Origin: Prevotella sp.
Lineage (GTDB): Bacteria; Bacteroidota; Bacteroidia; Bacteroidales; Bacteroidaceae
Direction: 5' to 3'
Assembly: GCA_051869355.1 (NCBI GenBank)
Contig: JBJEAU010000037.1
Location: forward strand, 247-64,246
Length of the DNA: 64,000 bases
Shown here piece after piece: positions 18,012 through 26,800 of the stretch (position 1 is the first letter of the stretch; each line of letters starts with the position of its first letter). The position numbers and the translations under genes were made by a program. The notes beneath the pieces are model-generated. The model made no database searches and was not told where the DNA came from. It saw only the letters and a list, made by a program, of their open reading frames with translations.

Positions 18012-19306
18012 TGAAGACCGACGCACAAATACTCCGGTTGGCGGTACCGTCTATAGTCTCTAACATTACGGTACCTTTGTTGGGTCTTGTCGATCTTGCC
18101 ATCGTCGGCCACATGGGCGATACGGCTTATATTGGAGCCATTGCCGTAGGCTCCATGATTTTCAATGTGATGTACTGGCTGTTTGGATTCCTCCGTATGG
18201 GAACGAGTGGCCTCACCTCGCAGGCGTTGGGAGCGCGAGACCTGCCTCGTGTCATGCAGTGGCTGATGCTCTCCATGCTGGTTTCGCTTTCTGTTGCCGG
18301 CCTGTTGGTCGTCTTGCAGTATCCGCTCCGCTGCATTTCGCTGATGCTCATGCACCCTTCGGCCACTGTCGGCCAGTTGGTCTGCACCTATTTTAATATA
18401 TGTATATGGGGAGCGCCGGCCATGTTGGGCCTTTACAGTGTCACCGGATGGTTTATTGGTATGCAAAACACGCGCATCCCTATGTGGGTGGCGATAACAC
18501 AGAATGTGGTCAATGTGCTGGTGTCGCTTACTTTGGTCTACGGATGTGGAATGAAGGTCGAGGGAGTGGCGCTGGGCACGCTCACAGCCCAATGGTTTGG
18601 TCTGCTGATGGCATTGGGGATGTGGTGGCGTTACTATAGGCGGCTTGCCGTGCATGCCAGGGGGAAAAGCATGCGGCTTTTTCCCTCGTTGGGCCGCTTC
18701 TTCACGGTCAACAGAGATATTTTTCTACGCACGCTATTCCTGGTAGCCGTCAACCTCTTCTTTACGTCTGCAGGGGCCAGGCAGAGTGACCTCATCCTGT
18801 CTGTCAACACGCTGTTGCTTACGCTTTTTACACTCACATCTTTTGTCATGGATGGTTTTGCCTATGCCGGCGAAGCATTGGGGGGACGATATTATGGCGC
18901 AGCCAATAGGGGAGCGTTTAGGCAGACCAAGCGCAGGTTGTTTTTCTGGGGTGTCATAGTAGCGTTGCTGTTTACCTGTGCATTTGCTTTGGGAGGTAAA
19001 GGACTTCTGGGTCTGCTCACCGACGAAGCCCATGTGGTGGAAGCTGCGATGCCGTATCTGCCTTGGGCGGTGGCCATTCCTTTTGTGGGCATGAGTGCCT
19101 TTCTGTACGATGGCCTGTTTATCGGCATGACGGCCACGCGCGGCATGTTGATTTCGTCAGCTATCTCAGCATGCTGTTTTTTCTCGGCTTTTTATCTGCT
19201 CTTTGGCTTGATAGGTAACCATGCCCTGTGGTTGGCGTTGCTGTTTTATCTCGGTATGCGTGGTGCCATACAGGCCTATTATATGCGCACCTATCTCCGT
19301 TTTTAA
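18011..19306 (+). CDS. MATE family efflux transporter (DinF-like)
   Basis: LAVPSIVSNITVPLLGLVDLAIVGH and FLRMGTSGLTSQA; about 12 TM helices. Confidence 0.9.
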   Translation: MKTDAQILRLAVPSIVSNITVPLLGLVDLAIVGHMGDTAYIGAIAVGSMIFNVMYWLFGFLRMGTSGLTSQALGARDLPRVMQWLMLSMLVSLSVAGLLVVLQYPLRCISLMLMHPSATVGQLVCTYFNICIWGAPAMLGLYSVTGWFIGMQNTRIPMWVAITQNVVNVLVSLTLVYGCGMKVEGVALGTLTAQWFGLLMALGMWWRYYRRLAVHARGKSMRLFPSLGRFFTVNRDIFLRTLFLVAVNLFFTSAGARQSDLILSVNTLLLTLFTLTSFVMDGFAYAGEALGGRYYGAANRGAFRQTKRRLFFWGVIVALLFTCAFALGGKGLLGLLTDEAHVVEAAMPYLPWAVAIPFVGMSAFLYDGLFIGMTATRGMLISSAISACCFFSAFYLLFGLIGNHALWLALLFYLGMRGAIQAYYMRTYLRF

Positions 19307-19337
19307 TTATCGTAATCATCAACCAATCAATAAGAAT

Positions 19338-20681
19338 ATGGAAATCATCTGTTTGTTAATAGGTTTAATCGTGGGTCTCGGCGTGGCGGTGTGGCTTCGC
19401 AAGTCTGTCAGAGATATGTACGAACAGCGTCTGGCTACACAGGAAGCGGAAAAAGAATCGCTGCGCACCCAACTGGAAGCAGTGCAGACCCAGTTGCATG
19501 CGTTGCAGGAAGAACTGATGGCCACCAAGATGATGCTGAGCAGTACCCAAGCCCAGTTGGAGGGCGAACGTACCCGCAATGATGCTGAAATGAAGATGCG
19601 CAAGGAGCAATTTGACCAGCAGTTGAAGACTGTGCAGGAACAATTCTCCAATTTGGCCACACAAGTACTGGACAGAGCCTCGTCAAAACTCAAAGTACAA
19701 AACAATGAGAGTATGGAGCACATTACGCAACCTCTGAAAGAGCGGCTTGCAGAACTGCAACGGGCTATCCAAACCACCAACCAGGAGAGCGCCAAGAATA
19801 CGGCCTCGCTTACAGAGCAACTCAAGTCGATGGCAGAACAGACCGACAAAATCGGACAGACGGCCACCCGTCTGACCAATGTAATGAGGGGTGCCAACAA
19901 GGTGCAGGGCAACTGGGGCGAGTTGATACTGAGTGAGATTCTCGATGCACAGGGTTTGCGCCAAGGACTCAACTACGATGTGCAGCAGGTCATTACCGAT
20001 GACAAGGGCAACATCGTGACCAATGCGGACAGCGGCAAGCGGATGATTCCTGATGTGGTGATGCACTATCCTAACAATGAGGATGTGGTCATCGACTCAA
20101 AGATGTCCGTAGATGCCTATTACCAATATGTAAACACGGAAGATCCCGTGCTGAAGAAGAAGTTTGCCGACGATTTGGTCAGAAGCGTGCGTACGCAGGT
20201 GACGGCCCTTTCGAAGAAGGACTATAGCAGTTACATCAAGAAACCCCGCAGGGCGATAGACTTTGTCATCATGTTTGTACCCAATGAGGGTGCGCTGCAG
20301 TTGGCTCTGGCTACTGAGCCCAAACTATGGAGTGAGGCATTCGAGAAACAGGTATTCCTTACCAGTCAACAAAACCTGATAGCCATCTTGAAGATGATAG
20401 AAATAGCGTGGAGGCAGTATGCGCAGACAGAGAATCAGAAGCGCGTGTTTGACATGGCAGAGGAGATGCTCAAACGGGTAGGGGAATTTATCAAACGATT
20501 CGACATGGTGGGAGCCGATATCGCCAAATTGCAGGCCGATTATGATTCGGTGTGCAATAAGGTGCATACCGGGCGGCAAAGCATCGTGCAGAAAGCCAAC
20601 GAACTGAAGACACTTGGCGTAAAGGAAAATGCCAAGTTGCCTATTCCAGAGACAGCGCCCTCGTTGGAGGAGTCTGAATAG
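19338..20681 (+). CDS. rmuC: DNA recombination protein RmuC
   Basis: N-terminal TM and coiled coil, QGNWGELIL, PDVV...VVIDSK and FVIMFVPNE. Confidence 0.9.
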   Translation: MEIICLLIGLIVGLGVAVWLRKSVRDMYEQRLATQEAEKESLRTQLEAVQTQLHALQEELMATKMMLSSTQAQLEGERTRNDAEMKMRKEQFDQQLKTVQEQFSNLATQVLDRASSKLKVQNNESMEHITQPLKERLAELQRAIQTTNQESAKNTASLTEQLKSMAEQTDKIGQTATRLTNVMRGANKVQGNWGELILSEILDAQGLRQGLNYDVQQVITDDKGNIVTNADSGKRMIPDVVMHYPNNEDVVIDSKMSVDAYYQYVNTEDPVLKKKFADDLVRSVRTQVTALSKKDYSSYIKKPRRAIDFVIMFVPNEGALQLALATEPKLWSEAFEKQVFLTSQQNLIAILKMIEIAWRQYAQTENQKRVFDMAEEMLKRVGEFIKRFDMVGADIAKLQADYDSVCNKVHTGRQSIVQKANELKTLGVKENAKLPIPETAPSLEESE

Positions 20682-20703
20682 CCCGCATGGCCTATCCCAA
20701 ACG

Positions 20704-20763
20704 TAAATGCCACCTTTAGGCGAGCTAAATGCCACGTTTAGCATGCCTAAAGGTGGCATTTAG
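20704..20763. repeat. Mini-array 2 of the CTAAA-N7-TTTAG repeat (3 units)
   Basis: TAAATGCCACCTTTAG / TAAATGCCACGTTTAG / TAAAGGTGGCATTTAG, exact 22-bp period. Confidence 0.88.
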
Positions 20764-20856
20764 GTTTGGTGTCTGTGATGGCTGTCTATATGCCTATCCC
20801 CACTCATTTTTTACTGATCCGGAAAAGAATAATGGGGCAGCGGAAAAACGGGCAAT

Positions 20857-20887
20857 AAAAAAATCCGGCCTCTTACGAGAACCGGAC
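20857..20887 (-). terminator. Probable terminator after tRNA-Phe
   Basis: TCCGG..CTC-TTAC-GAG..CCGGA hairpin followed on the minus strand by a T tract. Confidence 0.5.
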
Positions 20888-20902
20888 TAATGAAAGGAGG
20901 AG

Positions 20903-20975
20903 TGGTACCACCAGGAATCGAACCGGGGACACAAGGATTTTCAGTCCTTTGCTCTACCAACTGAGCTATGGCACC
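20903..20975 (-). tRNA. tRNA-Phe(GAA)
   Basis: GGTGCCATAGCTCAGTTGGTAGAGC-AAAGGA-CT-GAA-AA-TCCTT...GGTTCGATTCCTGGTGGTACCA; TACCTTTG promoter at 20998-21005. Confidence 0.97.
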
Positions 20976-21111
20976 ATTTCTTTCTTGTTTGCGGTTGCAA
21001 AGGTAGTAATTATTTCCCAAATACAAGCAAAAGAATCGAAGAAAATTTCTGTAATTATAACTTGTTAACAGTTAGAGGCTATTTTCCTCGATTCTTTGCC
21101 TTAAATGTGAA

Positions 21112-22224
21112 TTATTGTTGCATGTGATTCCACCCTTGGGCCGTAATTTCAAACTCGTTGCCGTCTCTTGTGACCAGCATCTTGCCTAACGATTCTTTGG
21201 TAATGTAACCGATTTGCTTTACATTTTCCATCTCTTCTATCTTGGCATGGTCTCCGATGGGCACGGTAAAGAGCAGTTCGTAGTCTTCTCCACCGTTGAG
21301 GGCGCATGTCGTGACGTTCATGTTCAGTTCCTCAGCCATGATGGCTGTCTGATAATCGATGGGTATCTTGTTCTCATAGATTCTACAGCCGCAGTGGCTT
21401 TGGCTGCAGATATGAATGAGTTCGCTGCTCAATCCGTCTGAGATGTCCATCATGGCAGTGGGGTGGATATTGGCCTCACGCAGTTGGGCTATCACGTCTC
21501 CTCGAGCTTCGGGCTTCAGCTGGCGGTCGATAAGATACTCTTTCCCGGCAAAATCGGGCTGGAAGTCATTCAGTGCTTGCAGTTCGGTCTGCAGTGCCTG
21601 CATGTTTTGGGTGTTACCAGAGGCTTGTGCCTCCTTTACCTTCCGGCTGAGGGCATCGTATTGTTCATAATAGATATTCTTCTCGCGTTCGAGCAGTTGC
21701 AGGCCCATATAGGCAGCCCCAAGGTCACCGCTCACGCAGATAATGTCGGTTTCTTTGGCACCACTACGGTAGACAATCTCTTTCTCCTCCGCTTCTCCTA
21801 TGCAGGTGATGCTGATGGCCAAACCGGTGCGTGACGATGTGGTGTCGCCTCCGACGATGTCCACGCCCCATTTGTCGCATGCCTCGCGTACACCGCGGTA
21901 AAACTCCTCCATACTCTCGACATCGAACCGCTTGTCTACTGCAAGGCTGATGACCAACTGGCGTGGATAGCCGTTCATGGCGAAGATATCGCTGATGTTG
22001 ACCATGGCCGACTTGTAGCCCAACTGGTGCATCGTGATATAGGTAAGGTCAAAGTGGACACCCTCCATGAGCATATCGGTGGTGACCAGGGTCTCTTTGT
22101 CTCCATAATGCAGTACGGCGCAATCATCGCCTACGCCATACAGGGTAGAGGGATTCTTGCGCTGTAAGTTTTTGGTAAGTCTGTCTATCAGGCCAAACTC
22201 ACCAATCTTAGAAATATCCGTCAT
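21112..22224 (-). CDS. thiL: Thiamine-monophosphate kinase
   Basis: GEFGLI, GVGDDCAV, VNISDIFAMNG, VGGDT, MDISDGL and GGEDYELLFT. Confidence 0.93.
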   Translation of the reverse strand: MTDISKIGEFGLIDRLTKNLQRKNPSTLYGVGDDCAVLHYGDKETLVTTDMLMEGVHFDLTYITMHQLGYKSAMVNISDIFAMNGYPRQLVISLAVDKRFDVESMEEFYRGVREACDKWGVDIVGGDTTSSRTGLAISITCIGEAEEKEIVYRSGAKETDIICVSGDLGAAYMGLQLLEREKNIYYEQYDALSRKVKEAQASGNTQNMQALQTELQALNDFQPDFAGKEYLIDRQLKPEARGDVIAQLREANIHPTAMMDISDGLSSELIHICSQSHCGCRIYENKIPIDYQTAIMAEELNMNVTTCALNGGEDYELLFTVPIGDHAKIEEMENVKQIGYITKESLGKMLVTRDGNEFEITAQGWNHMQQ

Positions 22225-22233
22225 ATCTGTAGT

Positions 22234-23043
22234 TTACGATCTTCTTATCATTTCGCGCATGATGGCCGTCATCTTGGGTTGGGCAAGGTTGGCAGCCTTC
22301 TGTACGTCCTCATGGCTTACTTCTTCGGGCACGTCAAAACCGCCAAGGTCGGTGATTACGCTGATACCAAACACCTTGATACCACAATGACGGGCCACTA
22401 TCACTTCGGGTACGGTGCTCATACCTACTGCATCTGCGCCAAACAGGCGGTACATGCGATACTCGGCCGGAGTCTCAAAGGTAGGGCCCTGTACACCTAC
22501 GTACACGCCATGAACCAGACGGGTGCCTTGCTCCCTGCCTATCTCGTCGGCCAGTTCGCGCAAGCGGTGGTCATAGGCTTCGTGCATGTCGGGGAAGCGG
22601 GGACCCTGTGGGTTGTTCTTGCCGTGCAGGGGATGCTCGGGGAAGAAGTTGATATGGTCGTCGATGACCATCAGGTCGCCGATTTTGAAGTCAGGATTCA
22701 TGCCGCCTGCTGCATTGGAGACAAACAGCGTCTCAATGCCCAGTTCGCACATCACGCGCTCAGGGAATGTCACCTGTTTCATGTCATATCCTTCATAGTA
22801 ATGGAATCTTCCCTCCATAGCCATGATGTCTTTCCCACCAAGTTTGCCGAATATCAGCCTTCCGGTGTGGCCTTCAACGGTAGAGAGGGGAAAGTTGGGA
22901 ATTTCTGCGTAGGGGAAAGAATAGGCATCAGTAATCTCTGAAGCTAATTGTCCCAGGCCTGTTCCCAAGATGATGGCCGTCTTGGGGCTTGTGGTCATTC
23001 TCTGCTTGAGCCAAGCTACCGTTTCTTGCATTTTTTCGTACAT
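22234..23043 (-). CDS. punA: Purine-nucleoside phosphorylase (trimeric type)
   Basis: ILGTGLG, STVEGHTG, GRFHYYEGY, GPTFETPAE and DAVGMSTVPE. Confidence 0.92.
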   Translation of the reverse strand: MYEKMQETVAWLKQRMTTSPKTAIILGTGLGQLASEITDAYSFPYAEIPNFPLSTVEGHTGRLIFGKLGGKDIMAMEGRFHYYEGYDMKQVTFPERVMCELGIETLFVSNAAGGMNPDFKIGDLMVIDDHINFFPEHPLHGKNNPQGPRFPDMHEAYDHRLRELADEIGREQGTRLVHGVYVGVQGPTFETPAEYRMYRLFGADAVGMSTVPEVIVARHCGIKVFGISVITDLGGFDVPEEVSHEDVQKAANLAQPKMTAIMREMIRRS

Positions 23044-24103
23044 ATTCAATGATTTTTTGGTTAAATCCCTCCTCCTGGTCGAGCATGAAGCGGACGTGGA
23101 TGGGGAGACTATAAATGTTTTGTTTTACCTCCTTGCTCAGTTTTTGGGTTCCTATGAGTCGGGAGGCATCTTTTTCTGTCGTGATGATGATTTTGGGTTC
23201 GGGCATAGCCGCGTATCGGCGGTTGATCTCTTCCATATCCTTGTCGGTAAAGGCATGGTGATCCCCAAAGGTGACGGGCTCTATCTTCCGGCAATGCGGT
23301 TTGAGGTCGGTCATAATCTGCTCTGGCGATGCAATACCTGTCAACAGCATCACGTGATAGCGCTTGATAGATTTGCGACCCACCGTCTTCTTATGGAAAA
23401 TACCGTGCAGGTCGCCGTAATCGATGGTAGTGAAGTACAGATTCTGGAATGGGAAAAGGTCCATAGCCTTGGTCAGTACCCTAAACTCCATCGGTTTCAG
23501 ATCCTTGGGGCATTTGGTGATGATGACAATATCGGCCCGGTTTTTCCCGTCGAGTGGTTCGCGCAGCCTGCCGGCGGGCAGCAGCTTGTCGTAGATAATC
23601 AATCGGTGATAGTCTACCAGCAAGATATTGATGCCCGGTTTCACATACCGATGCTGGAAAGCGTCGTCGAGCAAGATGACACCCACATCTTGGGTACTCT
23701 TGTCGCTTGTAAGACGCTCTATGCCGCGCGTGCGCTTGCTGTCTACGGCCACGTACACATCAGGAAACTTGTGTTTCATCTGGTGGGGCTCGTCACCTAT
23801 CTCAGTCATGGCCGACTGGAGTGTTGCCAGCCTGTAGCCCTGTGTCTTCCGTTTGTATCCGCGCGACAGTACGGCTACTTGCGTGATTGATTGCAGCAGA
23901 CGAATCAGGTATTCCACATGGGGTGTCTTGCCCGAACCGCCCACAGTGATGTTGCCGACGGAGATGACGGGTATGTCATAAGCCTTCGATTTGAGGATAC
24001 CCAAATCAAACAACTGGTTCCGAAGCCTTACACCCAGTCCGTAGAGCCAACTGAACGGCAACAGCCACTCGTTGATGCTGATAAAATCGCCTTCACTCCT
24101 CAT
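22928..24103 (-). CDS. lpxK: Tetraacyldisaccharide 4'-kinase
   Basis: VGNITVGGSGKTP, LSRGYKR, IGDEP, LDDAFQH, LPAGRLRE and TTEKD. Confidence 0.93.
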   Translation of the reverse strand: MRSEGDFISINEWLLPFSWLYGLGVRLRNQLFDLGILKSKAYDIPVISVGNITVGGSGKTPHVEYLIRLLQSITQVAVLSRGYKRKTQGYRLATLQSAMTEIGDEPHQMKHKFPDVYVAVDSKRTRGIERLTSDKSTQDVGVILLDDAFQHRYVKPGINILLVDYHRLIIYDKLLPAGRLREPLDGKNRADIVIITKCPKDLKPMEFRVLTKAMDLFPFQNLYFTTIDYGDLHGIFHKKTVGRKSIKRYHVMLLTGIASPEQIMTDLKPHCRKIEPVTFGDHHAFTDKDMEEINRRYAAMPEPKIIITTEKDASRLIGTQKLSKEVKQNIYSLPIHVRFMLDQEEGFNQKIIEYVRKNARNGSLAQAENDHKPQDGHHLGNRPGTISFRDY

Positions 24104-24119
24104 CGTCGGTTGTTGCTAT

Positions 24120-25898
24120 TTATCTGATGTTGAGATAAAAGGGAAGACGAGCTTGTACAGCGTCCGTCTGGTTGATGTGCCTGAGCAACATAAACGGTTC
24201 GTAGTAAGCACCCAATGTGAGACGAAGCTGCTCGTCAAGATAGCTTCCGCCTTGCGCATCTTCCAGCAGACGATCCAGGAAACTGGCCTTGCCGGGATAA
24301 GAACTGGTATAATAAGCGTCCAGTTTGGCCAACTTGGCAGCCTTGGCTATCGCCTTGTCAATACCGCCCAGTTCGTCCACCAACTTCAGTTTGATGGCAT
24401 CTTGTCCCAGAAATACATGTCCCTGTGCCAATTCTTCCACTTGGGCAACGCCCATCTTGCGACCGTCTGCCACACGTTGGCGGAAGAGGCTGTAGCCGCG
24501 GGCTATATAACTGTTAAGGTAGGCCATCTCCTCCTCATTCATCGGTCGGGACGCGGTACCCATGTCTGAATGGCGGTTGGTCTTTACCTGATCAAACTTG
24601 ATTCCGAGTTTCTGGGTGAGCAGTTGGCTACGGTCTGGAATCATTCCGAAGATACCTATGCTTCCTGTCAGGGTCGTAGGCTCAGCCACAATCCAGTTTG
24701 CGTTACAGCTCATGTAGTATCCACCCGATGCCGCCATGCCGCCCATCGACACCACCACGGGCTTCTTCTTTTTCAGCAGTTCTATCTGGTGCCACATCTG
24801 TTCTGAAGCGTATGCGCTGCCGCCACCCGAATTGACGCGGATGACCACTGCCTTGACATCATCGTCGTTCATCAGCGATTCCAAGTCCTTGCATACCTCG
24901 TTGCCTACTATCATGTGTGAGTTGCCAAACAGGCCGCCACCGCCCTCAAGAGGTGTACTGACAATGTCGCCGTAGGCATAGTAGACGGCGATTTCCTCAC
25001 CGTCTTTCTTATTTTCCTTCACGTTTTGCATGTCGGTTACGCTCACTTGGCAGATGGTCTCATCGGCATCTATTTTCAGCAGTTTCTTCACCTCGTCTTT
25101 CACTTGTTCTGTGTAGAGCAGGCCGTCTATCATCTTTTTCTTGACCAGTGTCTGCTGGTCGTCAAAGGTGACCATGTTGTCAGCATATTCGTTGAGCTGC
25201 GCCACAGTCAGCTTGCGGCTCTTGGCTACAGCCTCGCACATGTTTTTCCACAATCCTCCGATATACGCCTGCACCTGTTCACGGTTGGCATCACTCATCT
25301 TCTCCTCCGTAAACATTTCTGTGGCACTCTTGTACTTGCCCACTTTCACCACCTGCATCTTCACACCAAATTTGGCCAAGAGGTCTTTTACAAACATGGG
25401 TTCGGCACACAAGCCATGCCAGTCTACCTGTCCCTGAGGGTTCAGGTACACCTTGTCGGCGACAGACGACAGGTAATAGGTGCCTTGCGAATAGGCATCG
25501 CCATAGGCTATGATCCATTTGCCGCTTTTCTTAAAATCTTCCAGCGCGCCACGCAGCTCCTGCATGGTGGCAAAGTCTGCCCCAAAGGCACCGGCTTCTA
25601 TATAGATACCTTTGATATCTTCGTTGGTCTTGGCCTTGTGGATGGCGTTCAGCGTCTCCTGCAGCCCCGGTGTACTGAGCATGTCGCCGCCAAATCTGTC
25701 CCACGGATTCTCTTCAGAACGCTCGCTCATGGTACCCGACAGTTTGAGCACCATCACCGAGTTCTCGTCCACGTTCTTGACCGACTCCCCGGATGCAATC
25801 ATACCCACTACGCTCATGGCGCCGAATGCAAGGAGCACAATGAAAAACATAAAGATACCTACGACGGTAGCCAATGCATACTTGAAAAAATCTTTCAT
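24120..25898 (-). CDS. sppA: Signal peptide peptidase SppA (67K type)
   Basis: GKYKSATE, RVNSGGGSA, SMGGMAASGGYY and TGSIGIFG. Confidence 0.93.
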   Translation of the reverse strand: MKDFFKYALATVVGIFMFFIVLLAFGAMSVVGMIASGESVKNVDENSVMVLKLSGTMSERSEENPWDRFGGDMLSTPGLQETLNAIHKAKTNEDIKGIYIEAGAFGADFATMQELRGALEDFKKSGKWIIAYGDAYSQGTYYLSSVADKVYLNPQGQVDWHGLCAEPMFVKDLLAKFGVKMQVVKVGKYKSATEMFTEEKMSDANREQVQAYIGGLWKNMCEAVAKSRKLTVAQLNEYADNMVTFDDQQTLVKKKMIDGLLYTEQVKDEVKKLLKIDADETICQVSVTDMQNVKENKKDGEEIAVYYAYGDIVSTPLEGGGGLFGNSHMIVGNEVCKDLESLMNDDDVKAVVIRVNSGGGSAYASEQMWHQIELLKKKKPVVVSMGGMAASGGYYMSCNANWIVAEPTTLTGSIGIFGMIPDRSQLLTQKLGIKFDQVKTNRHSDMGTASRPMNEEEMAYLNSYIARGYSLFRQRVADGRKMGVAQVEELAQGHVFLGQDAIKLKLVDELGGIDKAIAKAAKLAKLDAYYTSSYPGKASFLDRLLEDAQGGSYLDEQLRLTLGAYYEPFMLLRHINQTDAVQARLPFYLNIR

Positions 25899-26011
25899 TT
25901 CTTATGACAGAATAATAGTTACTGATGCAAAAATAATGGAAATCACTTGAAAAAACAAAATAATTTCTATTTTTCTTCCCGTTGTAGTCTTTTTTTACTA
26001 ATTTTGCTACT

Positions 26012-26746
26012 ATGAAGAAAGCAATTGTTGTCGGAGCGTCTTCCGGGATTGGTCTCGAAGTAGCCAAATGCCTGTTGGCAGACGGCTGGTTTGTAGGATT
26101 GATGGCGCGGCGTGAAGAGATGCTTCAGGCATTGGCAGCCGAGCATCCCGGCAGGGTAGTGGTGGAGCGCTGTGATGTCACTGCCCCCGATGCTCCCGAG
26201 CGTTTCCTGCACCTTACCGACAAGCTTGGTGGCGTGCATCTGTACTTCCATGCAGCGGGAATCGGCAAAGCCGGCGCCCCACTGGACCGTCAGACGGAGC
26301 TTGATACCTTACGGACCAATGTGGTGGGCTTCTCCCGGATGGTTACAGAGGCCGTACTGTATATGGAAGCACATCAAGGCGGACACATCGCTGTCATCTC
26401 GTCCATCGCGGGCACCAAGGGCTTGGGCATTGCGGCCTCGTACAGCGCTTCCAAGGCTTTCCAAAACACTTACATTCAGGCTTTGGAGCAGCAGGCACGG
26501 GCACGTCATACCAATATATACTTTACCGACATCCGTCCGGGCTTTGTGCGTACGCCGCTGTTGTCGGGCTCTACCTATCCCATGCAGATGGATGCAGCCC
26601 GTGTAGCACGCCTTATCGTGCAGGCTGTCTATGCCAAGCGGCACCGGGTGGTGATAGACTGGCGATACAGCATACTCACTGCGCTGTGGCGATTGATTCC
26701 TAATCGGATATGGAGTCGCCTCTCCGTGGGCTTCCCTCGTGGATGA
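26012..26746 (+). CDS. Short-chain dehydrogenase/reductase
   Basis: GASSGIG Rossmann motif, ISSIAG and YSASK (YxxxK). Confidence 0.9.
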   Translation: MKKAIVVGASSGIGLEVAKCLLADGWFVGLMARREEMLQALAAEHPGRVVVERCDVTAPDAPERFLHLTDKLGGVHLYFHAAGIGKAGAPLDRQTELDTLRTNVVGFSRMVTEAVLYMEAHQGGHIAVISSIAGTKGLGIAASYSASKAFQNTYIQALEQQARARHTNIYFTDIRPGFVRTPLLSGSTYPMQMDAARVARLIVQAVYAKRHRVVIDWRYSILTALWRLIPNRIWSRLSVGFPRG

Positions 26747-26800
26747 TAAATGTTTTTAAAACCATGAAAACCATTTAACAACACAATTATGATAAACAAA

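Noticed and set aside
1-20975. A tRNA-anchored genomic island between tRNA-Ser and tRNA-Phe carrying the tubulin-like operon
   Set aside because: No integrase or duplicated tRNA 3' end was seen, and the interval holds core genes (addAB, sigma factor, rmuC).
20811-21026. 71-aa ORF
   Set aside because: It is a translation of the tRNA-Phe gene.
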